This document shows, one piece after another, positions 6,948 through 15,790 of a stretch of 30,143 nt of DNA. The notes under the pieces are model-generated. The model was given only the letters and a program-made list of their open reading frames with translations. It made no database searches and had not been told where the DNA came from. The translations under genes and the position numbers were made by a program. Position 1 is the stretch's first letter, and every line of letters begins with the position of its first letter. Source of the stretch: Candidatus Latescibacterota bacterium (GTDB lineage: Bacteria > Latescibacterota > UBA2968 > GCA-2709665); NCBI GenBank assembly GCA_963662665.2, contig CAXXJS010000042.1:1-30143 (forward strand), given 5' to 3'.

Positions 6948-8717
6948 ATGAATAAGCGCATTTTGTTTTCAATTCTGGCTTCCGTCCTGCTGGCTTCTTC
7001 CGCCGGCGCGCAGAACGGCAGGCAGCTTTCCAGTTTCCCACACGAAGTTTTCCCCAATTGTCGAATGTGCGGACTGCCGGGCGCCGCGATGTTCGATTAC
7101 GACAACGACGGCGACCTGGATATCTACGTTGCAAACGGTCATGGCTATCGCAACTATCTGCTCGAGAACGACGGAACGGGCGATTTCACGGACGTCTCCC
7201 GGGAGACGGGCGTGGCCGTTAGGGTCGCAACCCACGGCGTGGCGAGCGCCGATATCGACAACGACGGAGACCCGGATCTATTCGCGGCCACGGACGGCAG
7301 GAACTACCTGTTCGTGAACAACGGCGACGGGACGTTTGCCGACATCACGGAATCCGCTGGCATCGTCTCCCGTTACTTCTCATCGACGGTGGCATTTGCC
7401 GACGTCGACAACGATGGGTACGTGGACATCTACGTGGGCGGCGCGGGGGGCGAGTATGGCGTGGAGTTCAACAGAATCGTGGGCACGGGCGAACTTTATC
7501 TCAATAACGGCGATCTTACGTTCAAGGACATTACCGATGAAACAGGCACCGCCGGAACGTACACGTGGTCCGTCCGATTCTGCGACTACGACGACGACGG
7601 CGACCCGGACCTGTTCACGGCGAACGACCAGGGTATTGCGTTGGTGGGGGAATGGTCTCCCATCCGGTTACACAGGAACGAGGGCAACCTGAGATTCACC
7701 GACGTCACCAGGGACGCAGGCCTGGGAATTACGGGAAGCTGGATGGGGCTTGCGTTCGGAGACTACGACCTGGACGGAGATTTCGACTTATTCGCCACGA
7801 ACGTCGGCGGATCGTTCGTGGACAAGAAGGGCCACCAGGAGTACGATCTGCACGGATTCTTCCGCAACGACGAGGGTGTATTCAAAAACATCGCCGAGGA
7901 ACTGCAAGTATCGGCGACACAAACACTCGCCAAATTGGAGTTCGGCTGGGGAACAGTTTTTACGGACTTTGACAACGACGGCGACCTGGACCTGTACTAC
8001 GTGGGCAACTTCAACATGCTCGATGCATTTAGCAACCCGGGCCACCTGTTGATGAATGACGGGGCCGGCGCATTCAAAGATTCCACGCGACGCTACGGAA
8101 TGAATACCGTTGACCGTAACGGCGTTCCCACCATCGCGGTGGGCGTTGCGACCGGCGACGTGAACAACGACGGCCACGTGGATATTTTCGTGGCAAACGC
8201 AGGAACGGATTTCCAGACGGGCTATCCGATCTTGTTTACGGAAAAATTTGACGACAACAACTGGATCCGGCTGAAACTGGAAGGCACCGAAAGCAACCGG
8301 TCGGCCATCGGCGCGAGAATCCTGCTCACCGCGGGCGGAAAGACCCAGATCCGCGACGTTGCCAGCGGCGGGAGCAGTTTCTCGCAGAACAGCCTGTGGC
8401 CCACGTTCGGCATTGGCACAAGTACCGTGATCGACTCGATCAGGATCCGATGGCCCAGCGGCATCGTCCAGACACTGAAAGAGATCGAGCCCAACCAGAC
8501 GCTGGAGATCCAGGAAGAACGCCCGCCGCCCGTCGTCGTGTACGCCAACCCCCGGGCCGATTTCAACGGTGACGGGAGCGTCGATTTCAGCGACTTCATT
8601 GGCTTTGCGAGAGCATTCAACACGGAAAACTCGACCTACGATATGGACGGTAACAACGTGGTTGATTTCTCCGACTTCATCGAATTCGCGAAGTCCTTCG
8701 GTCGGCCGCTGCCGTAA
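6948..8717 (+). CDS. CRTAC1-family secreted protein (FG-GAP/VCBS repeats plus ASPIC/UnbV) with C-terminal dockerin-like double EF-hand
   Basis: ATG 6948 with GGAGGA RBS; signal peptide ending AGA. Seven DxDNDGDxD-type repeats; SNRSAIGARI...SFSQNS..FGIG...IRWPSG; terminal ADFNGDGSVDFSDFIGFARAF...YDMDGNNVVDFSDFIEFAKSFG. Confidence 0.9.
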   Translation: MNKRILFSILASVLLASSAGAQNGRQLSSFPHEVFPNCRMCGLPGAAMFDYDNDGDLDIYVANGHGYRNYLLENDGTGDFTDVSRETGVAVRVATHGVASADIDNDGDPDLFAATDGRNYLFVNNGDGTFADITESAGIVSRYFSSTVAFADVDNDGYVDIYVGGAGGEYGVEFNRIVGTGELYLNNGDLTFKDITDETGTAGTYTWSVRFCDYDDDGDPDLFTANDQGIALVGEWSPIRLHRNEGNLRFTDVTRDAGLGITGSWMGLAFGDYDLDGDFDLFATNVGGSFVDKKGHQEYDLHGFFRNDEGVFKNIAEELQVSATQTLAKLEFGWGTVFTDFDNDGDLDLYYVGNFNMLDAFSNPGHLLMNDGAGAFKDSTRRYGMNTVDRNGVPTIAVGVATGDVNNDGHVDIFVANAGTDFQTGYPILFTEKFDDNNWIRLKLEGTESNRSAIGARILLTAGGKTQIRDVASGGSSFSQNSLWPTFGIGTSTVIDSIRIRWPSGIVQTLKEIEPNQTLEIQEERPPPVVVYANPRADFNGDGSVDFSDFIGFARAFNTENSTYDMDGNNVVDFSDFIEFAKSFGRPLP

Positions 8718-8723
8718 AGGAAA

Positions 8724-8750
8724 GCGCCCGGCAGGCATCACGCCGGGCGC
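8724..8750. terminator. GC-rich hairpin between convergent genes (likely terminator)
   Basis: GCGCCCGGC-N9-GCCGGGCGC perfect 9-bp stem; short TTTCCTTT tail on the minus strand. Confidence 0.65.
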
Positions 8751-8779
8751 AGTCAACATCTGAGTTTGCCTTCCGGTAT

Positions 8780-9718
8780 TTACGGTTCTTCGACCACCAC
8801 GAATCCGAGTGAATCCACCGAAGCGGATCCGAACAGCCCGATTCCTCCCTCCACGTGGAAGAGCGGCCTCCTGAAATTCTCACCCGCGAGACCCCCGAAC
8901 CAACCCTCCTGCGCCTCCGGTCCCGACCGCACGTAGTCGTACCAGTTCCGGTCCACCGCGTAGATCCGCATCAGGTGACGCCCGTTGAAATAGATCGCGA
9001 ACCACGGCAACCTGACGCTTCCTTCGGTTGACTCGATCGCCGGTGAACTCCCCGTCCGATCCGGGGTATCTTCGCCTATTTCCCTGTCAAGCTCGTCGGC
9101 ATTCCGGTCCAGGCTCACAATGCCGACCTGATAGCCGGGCACATCGATGGGATTGAACCTGGCCTCAAGAAACCCTGCCTTGTAAACGACCCTGTTTTCG
9201 GGTGCAAGAAAGACCTCATCCGCCAGGTCCGCGAATGTCTTCAGTCTCCGCTGAACCGATTCGGTTTTCTGATCCAGAACAACGCCCTCTCGCACCCGGA
9301 ACGGCCCGGGCGTGACCGTTGTCGCCCGCGCTGTGTTGCCCATTGCGGTTACGACCATCTCATACTTCGTTTCCGGAGCCACGACCGGAGGATCGGGCGG
9401 AGGCGAATACTGAAACGGACTCGCATCCGGATCCCGGACGTACCGAAAGACACGGTCCGCCTGCCGTATTTCGACGACGGCGTCCGACACCACGGCGTGC
9501 CTCGGGCTGTCGCCGTCGCCCGTAGCCACAGTCTGCGTTACAAATAACGGAGGAAGCGGCCGACCCACAATCAGCAGTCCGTCGAGTACGAGTTCGCCCG
9601 CTGCGTTCGGACCGAACAACGACTCGGGCGTCCGATCGGCCTGACAGGCCGCGACCAGGAGGCAGGATGCTACCGTGAATGCTATCGCGACCGCATTTCG
9701 CGATATCATAAGTTTCAC
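8780..9718 (-). CDS. DUF4249-like outer-membrane lipoprotein, partner of the TonB-dependent receptor
   Basis: Lipobox LVAAC; SDAVVEI, YAVDRNWYDY and C-terminal HVEGGIGLFGS motif; begins 16 bp after the receptor gene. Alternative start ATG 9709. Confidence 0.7.
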   Translation of the reverse strand: MKLMISRNAVAIAFTVASCLLVAACQADRTPESLFGPNAAGELVLDGLLIVGRPLPPLFVTQTVATGDGDSPRHAVVSDAVVEIRQADRVFRYVRDPDASPFQYSPPPDPPVVAPETKYEMVVTAMGNTARATTVTPGPFRVREGVVLDQKTESVQRRLKTFADLADEVFLAPENRVVYKAGFLEARFNPIDVPGYQVGIVSLDRNADELDREIGEDTPDRTGSSPAIESTEGSVRLPWFAIYFNGRHLMRIYAVDRNWYDYVRSGPEAQEGWFGGLAGENFRRPLFHVEGGIGLFGSASVDSLGFVVVEEP

Positions 9719-9734
9719 CAGGTCCGTTTAGATG

Positions 9735-11963
9735 TCAAAAGGCATAGTTGAAGCCCAACGTCGGTACGATCGGCAGCATCTTTACAACCTCCGGATCGGA
9801 TTGAATGACGTCCGGATCGAATTGGACGAACCATTCATTGCGGCGGCTGTAGACGTTAAATACCTGAATGTAGGCCTCAGCGTCGACCCCGAAAAGACGG
9901 ATTCCACGCTTGATGCTCAGGTCCAACCGGTGGTAAGGCAACAATCGAGCGCTGTTGCGGTCCGCCGGCAGCGCATAGTTCTCGATTCTCGCTTCGGGCT
10001 CGGCGGGCTGCCTCAGCCTGTATACCGCCGACGCGGGCGTAAAGGCCTGCCCTGTCGCGTACAGCAGATTGGCGCCAAAGGTCCACCTGCCCACGCGCCA
10101 GTTGCTCACGAACGAGAGGTCGTGGCGACGATCGTACTTTGGCGGAAACCGTTTACCGCCGTTCAGCTCCGCGAATCGCCGTCGTGTCCATCCCAGCGTA
10201 TATCCGATCCAACCTGTGACCGACCCCGTGCGCTTCTGCAGGAAGAACTCAATGCCCGCAGCGACTCCGGTTCCGCCGCTCACAAACGTGTCTTCGGAGG
10301 TGCCCGCTTCGGAGCCGACGGCAACGTTATTGTCGAAAATCACCAGGTTGGCAAAGTCCGTATAATAGCCTTCCAGCGAAAGTTGATACCGCCTGGACGG
10401 TTCCCATTCCAGGCCCGTCACTCCCTGCCAGGAACGGCCGGGCTCCACGGTCCGGTCGAGAGGGACCCAGACGTCGCCGCCGCTGAAAGCCTCGGTGGTC
10501 ACCAGCTGGAGGTACTGCCTGTACGACCCGCCGCCCAGCTTCATCTTCAATGCCGGCGTGAGACCGTGGCTGAGGGCGAATCGGGGCTCGAAGTGAAGCC
10601 GATCGCCTTCGCTGAAATAGTTCGCGCGCGCGCCCAACCTCACGCTGGTCTCCGCCCGCGGCTGCCACAAATCCTGCGCGTACGCCGAAAACAGGAACGG
10701 TTTCTCGCGGATATCCAATTGATCGACCTGGTTGAAACTCTGCTTGTACGCGAAGTCGAACCACGTGGCCAGAAACCCGGAATTCAACGAATGCCGGCTG
10801 CTCGCGAAAAAGTCCAGATCTCCCTTGAGCGTGAAGTCCCATATCCCGTTGGAAAACAGGATGGGGGTCTCTATCACGCGCAAGTCCGTGTTACTCACGT
10901 ATCTGCTTCCGGAGACCACCAGATTTCCGAAAACCGCGGGCGAGAACACGTGAGTCCATCGGCCCGTAAAGGCCGTATTGCCCCACCGTACGTTGAAAAA
11001 ACTCCCGTCTTCGAAGTCGAAATTCAAGTCGTCGCGTCCAAGATATCCGCTGAACATCAGCCTGTCGCCATCTCCGAAATCATGATTGAACTTTGCATTG
11101 ATATCGTAGAAATAATAGAACGGCACATCGGTATCTTCGTCCCTTATCAGGGAAAGAACCGGTTCCAGATACGTCCGGCGACCGGAGACCATCCAGGAAC
11201 CGTTGCCCGCCGGCCCCTCCAGGGTCATTCGCGCCGAAATCAGGCTGATCCCCCCCGTTCCCTCGAACCCCTTCCGGTTGCCGTCTCGGTTGCGGACGTC
11301 CAGAACGGAACCGAGCCGCCCGCCGTATTGGGCGGGATAGGCGCCCTTGTGCAGGCTCATATCCTTAATGGCGTCCGGATTGAACGTTGAGAAAAATCCG
11401 AACGCATGCGTCGGGTTGTATAGCGGGATCTGATCCAGCAGGATCAGCGTCTGGTCCGGTCCCCCTCCCCGGATATAGAGCCCGCTGCTGATATCCGAAG
11501 CCGCCTGTATCCCGGGCAGTAACTGAAGGCTGCGCAGCAGATCCGTTTCGCCAACGGCCGGCAGTTCCTGCAACTGCGCGGTCTCCAGCGTTACAAAACC
11601 CGTCTGGACGTTTCGTTCCGCCTCGTACGGGTCCGCTTCAACCACGATCTCCCTGGACAGAATCGGTTCGGGAATCAACTGCACGTTCAACTCTCGCAAC
11701 TCGTCCCCCGAAAAACGTACCGTATCCACAAGGCTGTGGTATCCGATATAGGAAACGACAATCGTATATTCGCCGGGAGGAATGTGCTGGACCGCGTAAT
11801 ACCCGTCCACGTTGCCCAACGCGCCCAGCGGCGACCCGCCTCCTCTCAGGACCACGTTCGAAAAGGGAAGCGATTCACCGCTGGTACCGTCCGTTACGAA
11901 TCCGCTTAACGTGGCCGCCCCGACGACGCCGGGCAGAAGGAAAACCGGAATCAGTATTCGCAT
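9735..11963 (-). CDS. TonB-dependent outer-membrane receptor (carboxypeptidase-regulatory-like N-domain, plug, barrel)
   Basis: LSGFVTD..SGESLPFSNV; plug DLLRSLQLLPGI...LYIRGGGPDQTLILLD...FSTFNPDAIK...YGGRLGSV; C-terminal aromatic barrel signature FNYAF. Start placed at ATG 11963 (or TTG 11975) from the GGAGG site and signal peptide. Confidence 0.92.
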   Translation of the reverse strand: MRILIPVFLLPGVVGAATLSGFVTDGTSGESLPFSNVVLRGGGSPLGALGNVDGYYAVQHIPPGEYTIVVSYIGYHSLVDTVRFSGDELRELNVQLIPEPILSREIVVEADPYEAERNVQTGFVTLETAQLQELPAVGETDLLRSLQLLPGIQAASDISSGLYIRGGGPDQTLILLDQIPLYNPTHAFGFFSTFNPDAIKDMSLHKGAYPAQYGGRLGSVLDVRNRDGNRKGFEGTGGISLISARMTLEGPAGNGSWMVSGRRTYLEPVLSLIRDEDTDVPFYYFYDINAKFNHDFGDGDRLMFSGYLGRDDLNFDFEDGSFFNVRWGNTAFTGRWTHVFSPAVFGNLVVSGSRYVSNTDLRVIETPILFSNGIWDFTLKGDLDFFASSRHSLNSGFLATWFDFAYKQSFNQVDQLDIREKPFLFSAYAQDLWQPRAETSVRLGARANYFSEGDRLHFEPRFALSHGLTPALKMKLGGGSYRQYLQLVTTEAFSGGDVWVPLDRTVEPGRSWQGVTGLEWEPSRRYQLSLEGYYTDFANLVIFDNNVAVGSEAGTSEDTFVSGGTGVAAGIEFFLQKRTGSVTGWIGYTLGWTRRRFAELNGGKRFPPKYDRRHDLSFVSNWRVGRWTFGANLLYATGQAFTPASAVYRLRQPAEPEARIENYALPADRNSARLLPYHRLDLSIKRGIRLFGVDAEAYIQVFNVYSRRNEWFVQFDPDVIQSDPEVVKMLPIVPTLGFNYAF

Positions 11964-12176
11964 TACGTACGCCAAAACACCTCCAACCGCCTTGAACTCG
12001 TTTGGAATCTGCCTGAATTTCGCGGCCGACACGTCACCGGAACCATAAAATTATCTCTCAACATTATTGATTTGTGCAGGCTATTCATGGAGGCTCCATA
12101 GACCCGAAAGGTAGAGAAGCTTCGCAAACAAACTTGATTCCGTTTTGTGTGGTCACTGTTGCACCAGCAGATATAC

Positions 12177-12192
12177 GCAATCAGCGTGCCAA
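12177..12192 (-). promoter_or_regulatory. Sigma-54 (-24/-12) promoter upstream of the TonB receptor operon
   Basis: Minus strand TTGGCACG-CTGA-TTGC matches YTGGCACG-N4-TTGC with exact spacing and correct orientation, with an AT-rich tract immediately upstream. Confidence 0.7.
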
Positions 12193-12317
12193 ATTCACAA
12201 GATATTTATAAACAATAAGATATATATTCACGTAGGGCGGCTCTCCTGTTGTGTTTCGTCCACACTCGTGAACATGAGCGACATTCGGCCGGCCCGAACA
12301 GACCGAAACTCCGACTC

Positions 12318-12341
12318 ACGCAAAGACACGAAGACACAAAG
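12318..12341 (+). repeat. Three tandem 8-mers ACRCRAAG
   Basis: ACGCAAAG-ACACGAAG-ACACAAAG in an intergenic region. Confidence 0.6.
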
Positions 12342-12450
12342 GGAAAGACGGTAATGAGAAAGAAGGAAGATTTAATAATCGATATATTCGAATGAAATCA
12401 TAATAATATTCAACTTTACTTCAAAATTACTCATGATCACGCGTTAACGC

Positions 12451-12480
12451 AGAAAAGCCCGGCGTTTTCGCCGGGCTTCT
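12451..12480 (-). terminator. Rho-independent terminator of the minus-strand SDR operon
   Basis: Minus strand AAGCCCGGCG-AAAA-CGCCGGGCTT-TTCT, 120 bp downstream of the stop at 12601. Confidence 0.75.
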
Positions 12481-12600
12481 GGGAGTTGCGAACCCGTGCG
12501 CAGGCTGTTCAAGGGAATAACGACCGAGTCCCGCCCGGAGTTCCCGGAATTCGCGCCCACGCTTCTCTGCCGGAATCCTCTGCGGCCGGCATCGGATTTT

Positions 12601-13632
12601 TCAGGACAACCACTTGAGGAGACGAAGTACGCCCTGTTTTACGGGGTCCCGGTGAATAGACCTCGCGCCCGCCTCGTCTGTCGGAGATCCATGCTGTAGA
12701 TACCAGTCGTAAGCCTGGATCATCGTTTCCGCGTTGCCGTACCGTGGTTTCCAGCCAAGCTGTTTCATCGGCTCAGAGAGGTCGAAATAGAATGGCTTGT
12801 GATAGGTAAGGTAGTGCCACGGCGCAAGCGGGCAGATCTTCAGAACATCCAGAAGCTTCAGGGAAGACACGGTCAACCCGACCGGCAATCCCACAATCTT
12901 CGTCTTGCTGCCGGCATGCCTGATCGTTGCGTCCAGATCTTCGCGAAGCGTTGAAAACCTGGCGGCGCCGATATTGAACACCCCCTGCACCTCATTATCG
13001 GCGCCCAGCAGCGCGGCTGTCACGAGGTCGTCGACGTGAACAAACTGGAACCGATTGTCACCATTGCCGATGACATAGACATTCCGGTTGTCGCGAATCC
13101 ATTCGAACAGAATCTGAAAAATGCCCAACCTGCCCGGCCCGAGAATGGTTCGCGGGCGGAGGATCAGACCGGGCAACCCTTTTTCGGCCGCCTTCCGGAC
13201 CTGCTTTTCCGCAGCGAGCTTCGCGCGACCGTAAATCTCGACGGGAACCGTCGGCGTCGCGCCGGTAATCGGACACGCTTCGGGCACGCCGAATACAGCC
13301 GAGGACGACATGTGTACGAACAGCCTGACACGGGCGTCGAGGGCGGCGTGCGCGGCGATCCTCGTGCCTTCGACATTTACATCCCAGAAATCCGGACCCG
13401 CTTTCGCCAGGGGCACCAGCGCAACGTTGTGGTGAACATAATGGACACCCTTCATGGCGTCCCGCACCCCGCGGTGATTGCGGATGTCGCACGTTACGAA
13501 CTCTGTGCCGCGCGGACGGTCCGGCGAATCGATGACGTCCAGGACCCTTACGCCCTCGCCCCGGGCGTGCAACCGACAAACAAGGCGGCTTCCAAGGAAA
13601 CCCGAACCGCCGGTTACCAGATGCATTGCCAT
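12601..13632 (-). CDS. NAD-dependent epimerase/dehydratase (extended SDR, 3-beta-HSD-like)
   Basis: LVTGGSGFLG, VNVEGT, HMSSSAVFG, catalytic YGRAK, LRPRTILGPG, FVHVDDL. Confidence 0.9.
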   Translation of the reverse strand: MAMHLVTGGSGFLGSRLVCRLHARGEGVRVLDVIDSPDRPRGTEFVTCDIRNHRGVRDAMKGVHYVHHNVALVPLAKAGPDFWDVNVEGTRIAAHAALDARVRLFVHMSSSAVFGVPEACPITGATPTVPVEIYGRAKLAAEKQVRKAAEKGLPGLILRPRTILGPGRLGIFQILFEWIRDNRNVYVIGNGDNRFQFVHVDDLVTAALLGADNEVQGVFNIGAARFSTLREDLDATIRHAGSKTKIVGLPVGLTVSSLKLLDVLKICPLAPWHYLTYHKPFYFDLSEPMKQLGWKPRYGNAETMIQAYDWYLQHGSPTDEAGARSIHRDPVKQGVLRLLKWLS

Positions 13633-14192
13633 ACGGAAGTTCCGCCTGATCGGGCGCCGCGAACGACGTCACGCGCCAGCGCCAGAATTTCATAGACCAG
13701 GTGCACGGGTTTAACCCGATAATACCAGAGGCGGTCGACAATACGCTCGTGGCGGTAAACCAGGTAGGGAACCCGGTGAACCCGCGCGACTCGGTAGCCC
13801 GACCTGCCGAAGCAAAAACACGCCCGGTACGAGTGCATACTGGCGCAGACCAGGTCGACGGGGCCAAGCGGCCATCGCTTCCGGTCGAGAAGGTATCTCT
13901 TCAACAGATGCGCATTGCCGAACGTATCGATGTAGCCTTGCGCCGGATAGACGGGACAGTGTATACGTCCGCAATCCGTCCTGGAGATCAGATAAGCGTA
14001 TGCGGCCTCCTGCTCGTAGACGTCGCCGCCGAACCGGTTCGCCGGCGCCAGATAGACTTCGGTATCCGAAGTTGCAATTTTCGAAACATAGTCCAGCACC
14101 TGGCGAAAGACAAAACTGGGCTCGGGCAAGGTCCTTTCGCGGGCGTCTTTCGCCAGTCCTTCAGGCACGACAATCAGGGGCCTCTCTTTCAC
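13614..14192 (-). CDS. Hypothetical protein, YdcF/ElyC (DUF218)-like
   Basis: GTG start overlaps the upstream TGA (GTGA) and its stop overlaps the next gene, so it fills the operon gap exactly. DTFGNA, LVCASMHSYRA..F and C-terminal YEILA resemble DUF218 motifs (TxxNA, LVTxxxHxxRA, xE). Confidence 0.6.
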   Translation of the reverse strand: MKERPLIVVPEGLAKDARERTLPEPSFVFRQVLDYVSKIATSDTEVYLAPANRFGGDVYEQEAAYAYLISRTDCGRIHCPVYPAQGYIDTFGNAHLLKRYLLDRKRWPLGPVDLVCASMHSYRACFCFGRSGYRVARVHRVPYLVYRHERIVDRLWYYRVKPVHLVYEILALARDVVRGARSGGTSVWQCIW

Positions 14193-15232
14193 GGCAGGAA
14201 TCCACGGTCGATACACCATTTGATGGACCGTCGCATGCCCTCCTCCAGTCCGATCTGCGGACAATAACCGAGTTCCCTTTCGGCTTTTTCGATCGAACAC
14301 GCAATCGTCTTGTTCATCTCCGACAGGACATGTACCTCCTGCCAGTACAGTCCGGCGCGTTGTATCATCCAGTCGCAGGCGACGGCAAACTCACTGGCGA
14401 AGGCGGGCAACCTCATCCGCCTGTGCGCCACGGGCAGATTGAATTCATGTTCCAGAAGGTTTTCAATCGTGTCAACCGTCTGGTTCATCGTGTAGGGCGT
14501 TCGGTCCGCAATCCAGTAGGTCTGACCGTTCGCTTCATCGATCCGGCCGGCGAGCAGAATGGCCTGACAGAGATTATCTATATAGGTCATCGAACGCCGG
14601 TTCTCTCCCCCGCCGACGACGGGTACGCTCCCGTTCCGGATCATCTTGAAGAACCGTGTCTGCCGCGGCGGTTGGCCCGGGCCGTAGAACCAGCACGGGC
14701 GAAGAATCGTGGTTTCAAGTTTTCCCGACTCGTACGCCGCATTGACTATATCCTCTGCCAGTTTCTTCGACTTGCCATAACTCATGTATGGTCGATCCGG
14801 CGAATTTTCGTCGAACAGGCGCTCGTTATCGGAGTGATGGCCCGCCGGACTGTTGGATGAAATCATTACCAGCCGCTTCACGCCCCGCTCCAGGGCGCAG
14901 CTGATGATGTTGCGTGCGCCGCCCGTATTCACATCGTAAAAATCCCCGGCACGCCTGGGATGAATGACACCGATGAGGTGAAAAAGCGTGGCGCCGTCGC
15001 ATTCAGAAAAAAACGGTTCGAGGGATGACGTGTCGCGCACGTCTCCCTCGACCACGCTGATCTTCCGGGAAAATCCGCGAAGCTGGTCCGAATTCACGCC
15101 GTTCAATACCAGACAGCGTATACGGCGATCAGAATATGGTTCCGTTAGCGACGGCGTGCACGGCAGTCCATTGACGATCGCATCGACCAGACGCGTGCCC
15201 AGCCATCCGGGCGCACCGGTAATCAGGATCAT
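14189..15232 (-). CDS. NAD-dependent epimerase/dehydratase (extended SDR)
   Basis: ILITGAPGWLG, MISSNSPAG, catalytic YGKSK, LRPCWFYGPG, RSMTYIDNL. Confidence 0.9.
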   Translation of the reverse strand: MILITGAPGWLGTRLVDAIVNGLPCTPSLTEPYSDRRIRCLVLNGVNSDQLRGFSRKISVVEGDVRDTSSLEPFFSECDGATLFHLIGVIHPRRAGDFYDVNTGGARNIISCALERGVKRLVMISSNSPAGHHSDNERLFDENSPDRPYMSYGKSKKLAEDIVNAAYESGKLETTILRPCWFYGPGQPPRQTRFFKMIRNGSVPVVGGGENRRSMTYIDNLCQAILLAGRIDEANGQTYWIADRTPYTMNQTVDTIENLLEHEFNLPVAHRRMRLPAFASEFAVACDWMIQRAGLYWQEVHVLSEMNKTIACSIEKAERELGYCPQIGLEEGMRRSIKWCIDRGFLP

Positions 15233-15297
15233 GCGCGCGATTTCCTTCCATCCTTCACGTCCGGCCTGTCCGCACTCATCTCAGTCGGCGCGGGACC

Positions 15298-15714
15298 CTA
15301 ATCCACGCTGGCCCCGACCCACTCGCTCCTGTTGCAGGTGATATCCACGACGTTTCCATCGGGGTCCAGCACCTTGAACGAGACCGGCGGACGCACGTCA
15401 GGATCGACCGGGTTGCGCTCCTTCACGTTTTCTCTCACGACCTGGGCACCCCACGCCAGAATGCGTTCCCACGTTTCATCCAGGTCTTCCACCACCACGC
15501 CGAAGTGGATATATTCATCTCCTTCTCTGAGCATCGGTCGATTCGAGCCCTCCGGCTGCTGGATCAACGTGATGTTATTCGTTCCGTCGCTCATATCCAG
15601 AGCATCGCCGCGCGGACGGAGCGCAACAAAACGCCAGCCGATCACGTCCTCGTAAAACCGTCTGGACAGTTCCATATCGGCGCAACGCAGCGCCAGATGC
15701 CGCAACAGACCCAT
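15298..15714 (-). CDS. VOC/glyoxalase-family protein
   Basis: LRHLALRCADMELSRRFY, IHFGVVVEDL, FKVLDPDGNVVDI; start at ATG 15714 with GAGGA RBS. Confidence 0.88.
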   Translation of the reverse strand: MGLLRHLALRCADMELSRRFYEDVIGWRFVALRPRGDALDMSDGTNNITLIQQPEGSNRPMLREGDEYIHFGVVVEDLDETWERILAWGAQVVRENVKERNPVDPDVRPPVSFKVLDPDGNVVDITCNRSEWVGASVD

Positions 15715-15790
15715 GGCGTTCCTCACTCAATTCAGTTCAAAGAACAGGAATATTCAGGTAATCGCAATTCAACGGCTTCGATTGTATATC

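Noticed and set aside
7090-8190. Recurrent GAC/AAC-rich DNA repeats
   Set aside because: These are the coding FG-GAP DxDNDGDxD repeats, not a CRISPR array or DNA element.
9732-11390. 552-aa plus-strand ORF and other long antisense ORFs (e.g. 4985-6265, 15713-16936, 23814-25103, 26528-27583)
   Set aside because: They lie opposite well-supported genes and show no motifs. They are expected shadow ORFs in GC-rich coding DNA.
12232-12262. GTAGGGCGGCTCTCC... as a second REP
   Set aside because: It has the GTAG foot but no clean palindrome. At most a decayed remnant.
12385-12412. Fur-box-like AATGAAATCATAAT upstream of the TonB receptor
   Set aside because: It needs a gap to fit the consensus and lies about 200 bp from the sigma-54 site. 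AT-richness alone explains it.
14193-14300. N-terminal extension of the YdcF-like ORF overlapping the upstream SDR
   Set aside because: GTG 14192 gives a standard GTGA coupling, so the long overlap is unnecessary.
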